The translations under genes and the position numbers were made by a program. From assembly GCA_965240325.2 (NCBI GenBank), contig OZ251229.1:1922001-1986000 (forward strand): 64,000 nucleotides of DNA. Reading direction: 5' to 3'. Source of the stretch: Rebecca billardiae RCC1528 (taxonomy: Eukaryota > Protista > Haptophyta). The notes beneath the pieces were generated by a model that was given only the letters and a program-made list of their open reading frames with translations, had not been told where the DNA came from and ran no database searches. Shown one piece after another: positions 44,190-54,697 of this stretch. Numbering within the stretch: the stretch's first letter is position 1; each line of letters opens with the position of its first letter.

Positions 44190-46715
44190 TCACTGCACGC
44201 GCTGGCGCTTGGCCGACGAGAGCTGCGTGGCCATGTCCACGGCCAGTGCCTCCATCAGCTCGAACGCCTCCGCCGGGTCGTCGCGCTTGAACACCGACCA
44301 CTGCTCCTGCTTCACGATCACGGCGATCTGCTCCTTCGCCAGCTTGCGCACGCCCTCCACCACACGCGCGCACCCGCCCGCCGCCTTGGCGTGCCGCAGC
44401 AGGTCGAGGCAGTTGTCCACGTCCAGCCCGGCGAGCAGCACGTCCTCGCACCGCTGCACGACGCCGAGCAGCACGTCGCCCTCAGCAAAGGCGCGCGTGC
44501 CCGCCGAGGCTGCAGCGGGTGGCGGCTGCAGCTTGCTCGCCAGCCGCAGCAGCTCGAGCAGCACCGACGGCTCGGTCGGCAGCGGCGCCACGCCCGCCGA
44601 GTGCAGCTGGCGCAGCAGCGCCTCGTGCGCCGCCGAGCTGAAGTCCGGGTCGGCGTCCACCTCGCGCTGGCTGCCCTCAGACAGGCTGCCATGCAGCTGG
44701 CGCGCGTAGTACTGCGAGTGCTCCGCCAGCAGCAGCCGGCTCGCGCCCAGCTCGGTGCCGTCCGCGCACCGCAGCACCACGTCGTGCTGCCGCGAGGGCG
44801 CGCCCACCGCGTCGCCCAGCGAGCGCAGCCGCGCGTGCGCGCCGCGCAGCTCCGCATCGCAGTCGGACAGTCGCACGTGCGTCTCGCCCGCAGAGGCTAG
44901 CGCACGCCGACGTACATCCACGCTGCCGCACAGCAGAATCTCGAGGGCATCCAGCGCGTGCTGCCGAGCCTCGCGAGCGCGAGCGCCGCCGTCGGCATCG
45001 CCCTCCACAGTAGCGCAGCTGTGCACCAGGCCTAGCAGCGCGCTGACCAGACCTGGAGTGCAGGCGATGGCAGCGCGCTGCGCGGTGCAGTAGGTGACCA
45101 AGCTGAGCAGGGTGACAGCGGCATGCGCTGCGATCTCGCGTGATGCAGCCGAGCCGTCACGCACGTGCAGCAGCGGCACGAGAGCGTCGCACCCGCCGTC
45201 AGCAATGAGCGAGGCGCGGCACTGCTGAGTCGCTTTCGTGCAGAGGCGGATGACGTTGGCTGCGCTACGGACCACGTCGACGTTGGCCGAGCGCAGCAGC
45301 GCCACGAGCGCCGGTATGGCGCCAGCATCGGCGATCGGCGGGCACAGCGTGCCAGTGTGGGCGAGCCAGTAGAGCGCCACTGCCGCCTGGTACTGCATGT
45401 CCTCATTGGCCGAGCTCAGCAGCGGCACGAATGCCGGGATGGCGCCAGCATCGGCGATCGGCGCGCGTAGCGAGTCGGCAACGCCGAGGCAGCCGAGCGC
45501 AGCTGCCACCTGGCACTGCAGGTCCTCATTGGCCGATCGCAGCAGCGGTATGAGCGCCGGTATGGCGCCGGCCTCAGCGATCTGTGTGCGCAGCGCGTCG
45601 GTCTGGCCGAGCCAGCTGAGCGCCACTGCCGCCTGGCGCTGCACGTCCTCATTGGCCGAGCTCAGCAGCGGCACGAGTGCCGGGATGGCGCCAGCATCGG
45701 CGATCGGCGGGCGCAGCGTGTCCGTAAGGCAGAGCAACTTGAGAGCAATCGCCGCCTGGCGCTGCACGCCCTCATTGGCCGAGCTCAGCAGCTGCACGAG
45801 TGCCGGGATGGCGCCAGCATCGGCGATCGGCGGGCGCAGCGTGTCCGTAAGGCAGAGCAACTTGAGAGCAATCGCCGCCTCACGCTGCACGCCCTCATTG
45901 GCCGAGCTCAGCAGCGGCACGAGTGCCGGGATGGCGCCAGCATCGGCGATCGGCGGGCGCAGCGTGTCCGTAAGGCAGAGCAACTTGAGAGCAATCGCCG
46001 CCTCACGCTGCACGCCCTCATTGGCCGAGCTCAGCAGCGGTATGAGCGCCGGTATGGCGCCGGCCTCAGCGATCGGTGCGCGCAACGCGTCCGTCTGGCC
46101 GAGCCAGCCGAATGCCACTGCCGCCTGGCGCTGCACGCCCTCATTGGCCGAGCCGAGCAGTGACACGAGCGCCGGTATGGCGTCGGCCTCGGCGATCGGC
46201 GGGTGCAGCGTGCCAGTGTGGGCGAGCCAGATGAGCGCGATTGCCGCCTCGCGCTGCACGCCCTCATTGGCCGATCGCAGCAGCGGCACGAGTGCCGGGA
46301 TGGCGCCGGCCTCGGCCATCTGTGCGCGCGTCGCGTCGCTTTGGCCGAGAGCGCCCAGAGCAGCTGCAGCCTCGTGCTGCACGCGCTCGTGGTCGGACCC
46401 CAGCAGCAGCACGAGCGGTGGAATGGCCCCGGCGTCCACGAGCGCACTGCGCACGTCCCGATGCACGCCGAGGCCCGCCACGGCACGCGCCGCGGCGGCC
46501 TGCACGCCGGCAGCGCGATCGGGCGCGAGGAGCTGCACCAGCTCCGGCAGAGCCCGCGAGCCAATGATCACTGCCGCGTCAACGTCCTTCTCGCCATACT
46601 TGGCGCCAAACGGCTCGAGCGCGACGATCAGAGTCTGTGCTCTCGGCTTCTTGGGGCGCATGGCCTTGACCAGCTTGGCAATCGCCTCCTGCCCGACCGG
46701 CGTGATGGTGGCCAT
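44190..46715 (-). CDS. Armadillo-repeat protein with C-terminal BTB/POZ domain (ARIA-like architecture)
   Basis: Repeated 41-aa IADAGAIPALVPLLSSANEGVQREAA units. BTB motif HDVVLRCADGTELGASRLLLAEHSQYY...LDVDNCLDLL. Confidence 0.9.
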   Translation of the reverse strand: MATITPVGQEAIAKLVKAMRPKKPRAQTLIVALEPFGAKYGEKDVDAAVIIGSRALPELVQLLAPDRAAGVQAAAARAVAGLGVHRDVRSALVDAGAIPPLVLLLGSDHERVQHEAAAALGALGQSDATRAQMAEAGAIPALVPLLRSANEGVQREAAIALIWLAHTGTLHPPIAEADAIPALVSLLGSANEGVQRQAAVAFGWLGQTDALRAPIAEAGAIPALIPLLSSANEGVQREAAIALKLLCLTDTLRPPIADAGAIPALVPLLSSANEGVQREAAIALKLLCLTDTLRPPIADAGAIPALVQLLSSANEGVQRQAAIALKLLCLTDTLRPPIADAGAIPALVPLLSSANEDVQRQAAVALSWLGQTDALRTQIAEAGAIPALIPLLRSANEDLQCQVAAALGCLGVADSLRAPIADAGAIPAFVPLLSSANEDMQYQAAVALYWLAHTGTLCPPIADAGAIPALVALLRSANVDVVRSAANVIRLCTKATQQCRASLIADGGCDALVPLLHVRDGSAASREIAAHAAVTLLSLVTYCTAQRAAIACTPGLVSALLGLVHSCATVEGDADGGARAREARQHALDALEILLCGSVDVRRRALASAGETHVRLSDCDAELRGAHARLRSLGDAVGAPSRQHDVVLRCADGTELGASRLLLAEHSQYYARQLHGSLSEGSQREVDADPDFSSAAHEALLRQLHSAGVAPLPTEPSVLLELLRLASKLQPPPAAASAGTRAFAEGDVLLGVVQRCEDVLLAGLDVDNCLDLLRHAKAAGGCARVVEGVRKLAKEQIAVIVKQEQWSVFKRDDPAEAFELMEALAVDMATQLSSAKRQRVQ
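45295..46330. repeat. Coding tandem repeat with 123-bp period, about 8 units
   Basis: The identical marker TCCGTAAGG occurs at 45721, 45844 and 45967. Units are nearly identical at nucleotide level. Confidence 0.93.
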
Positions 46716-46950
46716 CGCAGCCGCGGTGGCGTGCAAGTCTTCTGGCGCGCAGGTTGCGAGGCTCCGTCGTCCGGTGCGTTCAGTTGGCGAGCGCTCCGGA
46801 CTCCGGAGGCAAAATTGACCTGCTTGCTGGTACCAGTATTTGTAAATAGGGACCGATAGGGTGCTGCTGCTCAGCACTGACAGCAGACAGGCACTGCGGG
46901 CCGTCCTGCGGGCCCTGGCAACTACGTTCACGCGTTCGGGTACAGGTACA

Positions 46951-48913
46951 TCACCGTCCATTGGCCCCGCTGCCAAGGCCACCAGAAGCGCTCGCCGATG
47001 CTGGGCGTCCATTCCCGCCACCCGCGCCACCCGTCGCCGCCGTGGGCGCGCCTCCACCGCCTGTCACGCTCACAGCCTGGCGCGCGCGACCACCGCCGGC
47101 CGGCTGCGGGCCGGCGCCGTCCGCCCACACGGCGTGGCTCACGAGCAGCTCCTGCATCAGCGGCACGATCTTGACGTTGGACACGTCCTCGAGCACGTCG
47201 GCGACCTCGTGCTCGCTCGCCGCCGCCATCAGCGCGTCGCGTCGGAAGCGGAGCAGCGCCGCGGCCGCGAGCGCGAGCACGTCCAACGAATCGTATCCGA
47301 TCACCCGGTCCCAGAGCAGGAGCACCTGGTCGACCTCGAGGTAGCCGACGAAGGCGAAGACGAGCCAGTCGAAGGCGAGCTCGGTGGGGTGCGCGCCGAT
47401 CTGCGCGAGGTGGTGGAACAGCCGCGGCTCCGCCTCGTGCAGCAGCCCCTCGAACAGCTTGAGCAGCGGGAGCAGCGTGCCGCCTGCGGCAGAGAAGGTG
47501 TGTAAGTAACACCAGTACCGCGCCCACATGGCCCGCAGCAGCGGGTACAGCTCGGCTGCGGAGCCGCACAGGTAGCACAGCGGGCAGGCGAAGGAGGCGA
47601 GGCCGCGGAACGGGATGATACCGGACGGCGGGAAGTGGTACGCCGCCGCGCCGCCGCTCGTCGGCGGCTCGTGCTGCTCAGAGCCGGCCGCGAGCGCGCG
47701 GATCGGCGGGACCGTAGTGTGGGCCGCGCGCTGCGCCACCCAAGGATCTCGCACGAGGGCGAGGGTGACCTCCTCGAGCAGGTCGGCGAAGACGAAGAAG
47801 GCCTCGTCGTCGAGCGCGGCGCGCACGTCCGCGCGGACCGACGCGTCGGTGAGCAGCTCGACACGCCGCACCTCCGCCTGCAGCGCGGCATACTCGCGAT
47901 CGGTGCGCGCAGTCCGCGTCGCGTCGAGCGCGGCCTGCCACACGCGCGCGCGCAGGTTGCTCGGCACGCCGGTGCGCGCGTAGTGGCTGACGAGCGGCAC
48001 GTGGCCGCCGCTGAGCACGTGCGTGCCGACGCGCTGCCGCTCCTCGTGGAACCACGAGCGCAGCTCGTCGTCCACGCCCACCTGCCGCGCCGTGGCCAGC
48101 TCGCGCAGCGCATCCGCCAGCTCGGACACGCTCGGGTGCGCGAGCTCGAGCGCAATCGCTCCGGGCCGGCGCAGGCCTGTGTACCGTGAGGAGTGGTTCG
48201 GGTGGTTGATGGCGAGGATGCGCTCGAGCAGCTCCGCGGGATCGTACACGTGCGCGGCGGCGGCTGAGCCGTCGGCTCCCTGCTCGGTCGCACCACCGCT
48301 CGCCGCCGCGGCCGGTGCGGCCGCGAGCGCGCCGTTCACGCCGACGTCCAAACTGCCGCCCGGAGCGTCGGCGAGCCACACAAAGGGGCGGCCGAGCTGC
48401 TGCGAGAGCGAGCGCAGGCGCTCGAGGACGTGGGCGGCCCACTCGTCCTGCAGCGCGCGCAGCACGTCAAGCCGCTCGCCCGTCCGCGCGGCGGGCGGGA
48501 GCGGTGGTCGCGGACGGTCGTCGCGCGCGTGCCCGCGCCGCCCCCTTCCGCGTCCGCCGGCCATGCCGCGCCCCCTGCCGTGCCTGCGCGGGTGGCCATT
48601 CGCGGCGCGAGGGGCGCAGCGCGGTGAGAGACACGCTGCCCGCCGGGTTCGCGCGCGCTCGCTGTGCAGCCGCGGACTTGGGACGGAGCACGCACCGCGC
48701 GCGGCCGGAGCTGTTGAGGCCAGCGCTCTCGGCGTAGAAGCGGAACGCGGCGGCGCGGAGGTCCTTGCCCAGGCCGCGCCGCTCGAGCACGTTGTCGATG
48801 GCCGGTGAGATGTCACTGCCTTTGTACGACGGCTTCACCATCTCCTCCTTCACCGCGCGCTTCAGCATCCAATACTCGGAGAGCGCGCCAAGCGGCGGTT
48901 TGTTCGCCGCCAT
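46951..48913 (-). CDS. TBC1D19: TBC-domain (RabGAP-family) protein, TBC1D19-like; exons 48913-48696, 48583-46951
   Basis: GVPSNLRARVW, DDEAFFVFAD, PPSGIIPFRGLASFACPLCYL and AFVGYLEVDQVLLLWDRVIGYDSL match recalled TBC1D19 blocks. Confidence 0.82.
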
Positions 48914-49022
48914 GGCCTTGGTCAGCGGGCACGCGGATGCAAGGAGTCGACCGGCCGGGGCGATCGAAACTGGAAAGGATGGCGGCCTCCGCACGGGCAG
49001 GGTGAGGTGTGTCACTGAGACG

Positions 49023-49946
49023 ATGCGGAGTGAAGCGGCGGCTCTTTTCGCGCTCCTCGTCTTGGGTGTGTGCGACGCGCGAGAGGAGTGCGCCGCGCGC
49101 GAGGGCAGTGATGCTTGCGATCAACCTAGTGCCGGAATGCCGCGACGCGTCTCGTCCTCGCCGCGCGTGTACGTGATCGACGACCTCTTCAGCACCGCCG
49201 AGTGTGAGAAGCTGATCGTCACAGCCCAAGCCAACGGCATGCGCGATGCAGGCATCATGTCGGGCAAAGGCGAGCAGAAAGCCAAGGGCGACACGCGCGT
49301 CTCTCTGACGACGACGCTTGGCGTGCACGGACGGCATGGCGCCAAGGGCGACGCCACGCTTGCAATGTGGCGCGAGCGGATGGCGGATGCGGCCATGATG
49401 CCTGTGGCGAACGCCGAGGCGCTGGCGGTGACGCAGTACGTGGGCGGGAAGGGGCACAAGTACGAGCTCCACTTCGACTCGGCGCTCAAGGTCGGCCGCG
49501 TGGCAACTGTCCTCGTCTTCCTCACCGATGTGCAGCAAGGTGGCGAGCTCATGTTTCCATGGGCGGAGGCTGCGGGCGCTCGCACGGGTCGCGCAGCCGA
49601 ATCGCTTGACGGCGTGACCGGACGAGGGCGGCCTCTGTCCGAGCTGGAGGGCGTCAGCAAGGAGCCGCCAATCGCTCCGATGTGCACCAGCCCGGCCGAC
49701 CCCGCACTCAAGATCGCCCCGAGGCGCGGTCGCGCCGTGGTGTTCTTCACTCACGCCCCGGACCTCCGGCGGCACGGGTACGACGCCATGCACGCCGGGT
49801 GCCCTCCGCTCCGTGCGGGGGAGGACAAGTGGATCGCGCAGCTCTTCATCAAGTGGCACGAGATCGATGAGCCCAACCTGGTGGCTCGCGCGATGGATGT
49901 GCTCAACGACAACTGGCAGATGCCGCTGCTCGGCGGGCCGCCGTGA
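49023..49946 (+). CDS. P4H: Prolyl 4-hydroxylase (2OG-Fe(II) dioxygenase), secretory pathway
   Basis: Signal peptide, SPRVYVIDDLFSTAEC, YELHFD, RVATVLVFLTDVQQGGE, HAGCP, KW. Confidence 0.9.
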   Translation: MRSEAAALFALLVLGVCDAREECAAREGSDACDQPSAGMPRRVSSSPRVYVIDDLFSTAECEKLIVTAQANGMRDAGIMSGKGEQKAKGDTRVSLTTTLGVHGRHGAKGDATLAMWRERMADAAMMPVANAEALAVTQYVGGKGHKYELHFDSALKVGRVATVLVFLTDVQQGGELMFPWAEAAGARTGRAAESLDGVTGRGRPLSELEGVSKEPPIAPMCTSPADPALKIAPRRGRAVVFFTHAPDLRRHGYDAMHAGCPPLRAGEDKWIAQLFIKWHEIDEPNLVARAMDVLNDNWQMPLLGGPP

Positions 49947-50307
49947 CGACGGGCCCGGCAAGGGCCGTAGCGGCGTAGCGGGCCCAGGGGCGGGGACGGG
50001 CCAGCGCCCAGCAGGCGGCTTATTTTAAATAAGTTAGCGCTATTAGTTAGTAAAGTACTCGTAGTTAGTAGAGCGCAGTAATGACCTGAGCTGATCGGCT
50101 GATGCGGCTTGACTAGTAGCAGCCGGTCGTCTGGTCGTCATTCGGAAATTTGAATTACTACTGTGTAATTATTTGTAATTTGTTCGTCAATAAATAATTA
50201 TTGAGTCAGTCTGCTTACTCAGTAGCTTAGTTCACCTCGAAAACTGTACACATACATAAAATGTCGCCGGTCGTCGTTTTTGAATATGCCGGCCATGCGG
50301 CATGCCA

Positions 50308-50340
<33 letters not shown>

Positions 50341-50931
50341 GAATAAATCAGTTTCGTCGTCATGGCATCAATAAGCTATCTGGCAGCATTGCCATTGCGC
50401 TTTTTTTTACAGTAGTTACTGATGATGAAATATGAAGTCGTCGGTTATTGCAGGCCCATTTGCACTTGCACTTGCAGCAGGGTCATCCGAGCACCATTGC
50501 CACCGCCTGCGCCACCGGTGACCGGAATCACGCTGTGAGTCGCGGGCTGATGAGTACTCTATCTAGTCGACTGGCTAGTCGCACCGGGAATTTGCAGGCG
50601 CCGGGGCAGGCCGCCCGTAATATGCCGCCCGTGACTCGTCAACGTAACTGCCGCAGTGCCACGCGGTGGCTCTCTCTTGGCAATAAGTCACTTTGGCAAG
50701 TGCGGCTGTGAGCAGGCAGCATTCAGCAATCGGCAGTAGTGGCCACTCCTGCCCGGATCGCGGCGGGCCGGCGCAACTCGGTCCGCGCGACGACAGACCG
50801 TAGTACTCTCATCAGCAGCAGCTCAGTAGAGCCGTGCGGGGGCCCGCCCGTGCTGACAGTTATTAACTACAGACAGATGCGCGGTGAGTCGTACCGCTAA
50901 ATCGGTCGCAATGATGAGTCTGCAGTCTTAA

Positions 50932-52007
50932 TCACACGTAGTTCTTGACAATGCACACGTTCGTGTCTGAAAACTTGGCGCAGGCCATCGCCACCGACCC
51001 CAGGTACATGCCCTTTGTCGGATTTGCCAGCTCAATCGAGCCGAGGCACAGCAGGTCGATCTCCTCCCGATCGACAATGGCCGAGATGTGCTGCTCGTTG
51101 CTCTCGCCGCCGCGGCGGTAAATGCCCTCGAAGCGCGAGTCCTTCACGCGTCGGAGCGAGAGGGCCTTGGCGCACTCCGCCTCGTACAGCGGCTTGATGT
51201 TCTTGTACTGATGGCTCGGCTCCGCATGGTTGCTGCCGTCGTACACGTGGAAGGCGATCAGCCGGTCGTGCGGGTGGGCCATCGCCACGGCTTTGTCAAA
51301 GGCGCGCTTTGCAATCGTCGAGCCGTCCACCTGCGTCGCGGTGCGAGCGGCGGCAGGTCAGCGGGGCAGCGGGCGCGGTGTGCGCGCGGCGGCGCGCCAG
51401 TCGAGTCACACATAGCCGACGCTCATGCTCACGGGGCCTCGCGCGCGTGGCGGTAGCGGCTCGCGGGCGCCGCGCGCACCGCGACGCCGATGGTGAGCGG
51501 CGGCCTCGGCTGCATCGGGTTGACCTCATCGGACTGCTTGAAGTCCAGCTTCCCGCCGTGCGTGCCACGCACGAGGATGACGGGCACCTTGACGTGCATC
51601 AGGCACTGTTCGGCCACGGATCCCAACGGCCGCGCCGTCGAGCCGGCCAATCGGTTCGCCTCGGCGCCGCGGCCGCTCGCGCCGACAACCAGCGCCTTTG
51701 ACCTCCGGTTCGCAACGCCAACAATCAGATTCGCGATGTTGCCGTCCTGCTTGAGCGCGACCGTCTCCCCGTGCACTTGCTCGGGACGCAGCCGTAGCTT
51801 CAGCGCCTCGATCTGCGCGTTCTTTTCCAGCGTTTCTGCCTCAATCGCCTTGTGATCCTTGCCCGCAGTGGACGCCTCGCCATCGACCACGTGCACGACG
51901 AGCAGGGTGTCCTTGTCCTGCATGCACATCAGGGCCATGCGCATGGCCTTGTACCCGAGGTCACTGCCATCGAGAGCCACACAGTAGCTGTACACCCGGT
52001 TCGACAT
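50932..52007 (-). CDS. Tandem universal stress protein (two UspA domains); exons 52007-51480, 51330-50932
   Basis: VALDGS...VVGASGRG...LGSVAEQC...VPVILVR, plus a second copy VAVDGS...LGSVA...VCIVK. Confidence 0.88.
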
Positions 52008-52426
52008 CCCGCCTGAGGGGCCGCTGGGCCACGGAGCCGCACGACGGCGCAGCGCAGCAGCACGTCCTCCCCGCTGCAGGAGCTCGAGCAGAGCAGCCCT
52101 GGCGCGCGCAGCCCTGGCCGGGCGGCACTCTGCTGTAACGAAATCTCGTAACAGTCGTGTCAGTCGTCCTGCTTGCCGTTTGTCACTCGTCAGAGGTCAC
52201 GGTCACGATCACGATGCCGCCCGGCCGATATCACCGCTCTCTCATTGCAGCCTGAAACGGCCGAGCGGGCCACTCGACGCGAGCGGCGAGGGCCACTCGG
52301 CCATTTCAGGCTGATTAGATGTGGCTGGGCCGATAGATCATATCTGCATCGAACATATCGAGTCATGAGTCGAGCGGCTGAAGCTGACGAGACGCGCGCT
52401 GAAGCCTGCGCGCCTGGCGAGTCGTT

Positions 52427-54697
52427 CTAAGCCTGCTTGAAGCTCGGAATGATCATGCGCTGGCGCAGTGCTTCTCGGCGCGCGCTCTTACGCCTGTCCA
52501 GCTCATCGCGGCGGGTGGCGACGAGCTCCACGATCGACTCGATCGCCGTGTCCTCGAGCTGCTGCGGGTCCGGTGGGGTCGCGCCGACAGTGCCACCGCC
52601 CTCCACGTAGCAGCCGTCCACCTCGTACAGGTGCACGATGAGGTGGCACAGCGCGTCCGTCACGGCAAGCACGTTCATTAGGAATTGGATCTGCATGTTG
52701 AGCACAAACTGGACAGCCAGGCCCCAGTTCGCACGCGCATACGCGAGGAGCTCGATCTCCACGCGGCGGTCCACCTCCTCCTCGATCTCGGCACGCTGCG
52801 CCTCGCTCAGCCCGGCGTACGCGCTGAGCGCCCGCCGCACCGCCAAGCGCCAGGCCCAGATGGCGAGGCACGCGACTGCAAAGGCGGTGATGACCATCTT
52901 GGACACCTGCGCCTTCTTGATCGCCGGCATCGCGCCGGAGAAGTCGAGCTCGTTGCGGCGCTTGACGCGCGAGCCCGCGATGGCGTACCCGGCGGTGGCG
53001 CACGACATGCCCAGCGCGAACCCCGCAAACCACCAGTCGCCCACAAGGTGCAGTGGGAGCAGGAAGGTGCCGAACGAGAGGAAGAAAATAATCATTGGGA
53101 TGAATTGCATCATGAAGCCCCAGATCGAGCTCTCGGGCACGAGCGACTTCCACAGCGAGAGCGCGCGGACGAGGGCGGGCGCGATGGAGAGCAGCACCGG
53201 CGCCACCTTGGCGTACACGAGCAGGGACACCTGCGCACGCGCTGCGGCGACCAGCGCTGGCTTGGTCGGTGACGCGCCCACGTCTGCAGAGATCAGCCTG
53301 TCCATGTCGAAGGTCGCGTACCACGGCACGCAGGTCACGACGATCGGTGGCAGGATGTTGAAGAAGAAGCCGATGCGCGCGCGCCGCTGCGACTCGAGGA
53401 ACGCGCGAGCGATGCCGTCTTGCGCCGGGCCGACGAACCCAGCGGTGCGCGCGTCTGCAGAGCCATCCTCGCCGCTCGCGCCGCCAGCGGCCGCAGGTCG
53501 CGACGAGCCGTCAGCGGCGTCGGCCGGCCGTGTGCGACACCCACAGCAGCGGCATCCGCAGCAGCCGCAGCAGCGGCGGAGGGTGACGGTGTACGCGAGC
53601 ACGTAGCAGACCATCGCCACCAGCTGGCCGAGGATCGGGATGCCCTGCATCCCAGTGCTGAGCGCCCAGACGTGGCACTGGGTCTGCACCGACTCCAGGT
53701 ACAGGTCGACGCGCCCGCAGAGCGCGTCCAGCGCCTGCGAGCTGAAGCTGCTCACCACGGAGTCGAGCAGATCGCTCGCCAGCTGCGACTGCGCCGCGTT
53801 GATGGAGCCCAGGAGCTCCTCCTGCCGCGCCTGCGTGCCCGCGCTCGCAGAGGCCGAGCACAGCGAATCGCGGATCCGGCGCGTTTGCGCGCCGCACGCC
53901 GCGACGCACTCGTTGCGCACCGCGCTGCCGACTTCCCAACCAGTCGCACTGAGGACATTCTCCCCGGCCCAGCCCAGAGCGTCGAGCGCCTCTGCCGCCG
54001 TCTCGCGGGACGGCGCCACCCGGTCGGCCAGCTCGGAGATGCTCCTGCTGCAGCGCGCAAGCAACGAGCTGCGTGTGTATGCGCTGCTGTTGCGGGCCAC
54101 GTCTGCGGAGGCGTTCGCGGCGAGGAGAGCGGTCTCCACCTCGAACGCGGCGGCATCTGCAGCGTCCATACACTCACGCCCAACCCCGTCCTCGAGGTAC
54201 CCGAGCTGCTCGTCGCACACGCGCGCGCACTGCTCGAAGGAGACCGCCTCAAGCCGATCGAGGAAGCCGACAACGTCCACCGTGGACTGGCGGTCGGGTG
54301 CTGGGCTGCACGCACTCTGGTCGCCCGCGCCCGTCGAGTCCGTCGAAGGCACGACAATGCCGGTGACGAGGCTGACGAAGAGCAAGAGGATGATGGTGAT
54401 GAACGATGACCTGCGCCATGCAACGTAGTTCACGGCTGCCGAAGGCTGCGACTCCTCCTCGGCCTTCTCGTCATAGAACCGAAGATCGCGCGCGCCGTGC
54501 GCGTTCAGATTGCCCGCATACGCGCGAGGGACGTGACGGATGAACCACGCGCGCTCTATCTTGCCGCGAGGGACGTGACGGATGACCACTCGTGCTACTC
54601 CCGCGTCCTTTCGCCCGCCAAACGAACGGGCGGATCGGCGTGCGTCCGCTTGCGGCGACGCTTTCACGTCGTGGCAAAGCCACGTTCCATCCAGCAT
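52427..54697 (-). CDS. Multi-pass membrane protein with a Cys-rich luminal domain; function unknown, start uncertain
   Basis: Long ORF with an N-terminal TM helix after YVAWRRS, a Cys-rich loop, and about eight further TM helices. Confidence 0.7.
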   Translation of the reverse strand: MLDGTWLCHDVKASPQADARRSARSFGGRKDAGVARVVIRHVPRGKIERAWFIRHVPRAYAGNLNAHGARDLRFYDEKAEEESQPSAAVNYVAWRRSSFITIILLLFVSLVTGIVVPSTDSTGAGDQSACSPAPDRQSTVDVVGFLDRLEAVSFEQCARVCDEQLGYLEDGVGRECMDAADAAAFEVETALLAANASADVARNSSAYTRSSLLARCSRSISELADRVAPSRETAAEALDALGWAGENVLSATGWEVGSAVRNECVAACGAQTRRIRDSLCSASASAGTQARQEELLGSINAAQSQLASDLLDSVVSSFSSQALDALCGRVDLYLESVQTQCHVWALSTGMQGIPILGQLVAMVCYVLAYTVTLRRCCGCCGCRCCGCRTRPADAADGSSRPAAAGGASGEDGSADARTAGFVGPAQDGIARAFLESQRRARIGFFFNILPPIVVTCVPWYATFDMDRLISADVGASPTKPALVAAARAQVSLLVYAKVAPVLLSIAPALVRALSLWKSLVPESSIWGFMMQFIPMIIFFLSFGTFLLPLHLVGDWWFAGFALGMSCATAGYAIAGSRVKRRNELDFSGAMPAIKKAQVSKMVITAFAVACLAIWAWRLAVRRALSAYAGLSEAQRAEIEEEVDRRVEIELLAYARANWGLAVQFVLNMQIQFLMNVLAVTDALCHLIVHLYEVDGCYVEGGGTVGATPPDPQQLEDTAIESIVELVATRRDELDRRKSARREALRQRMIIPSFKQA
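54523..54585. repeat. 21-bp perfect direct repeat CGCGAGGGACGTGACGGATGA between divergent genes, possibly a cis-element
   Basis: Copies at 54523-54543 and 54565-54585; contains an ACGT core. Confidence 0.6.

Noticed and set aside
45295-46330. Regularly spaced repeats considered as a CRISPR-like array
   Set aside because: The period is 123 bp, in frame within an ARM-repeat CDS, with no unique spacers or cas genes, in a eukaryotic context.
31429-48913. Kelch-Rab and TBC1D19 as a functional gene cluster
   Set aside because: They are 13 kb apart with unrelated genes between. Proximity alone is not evidence in a eukaryote.
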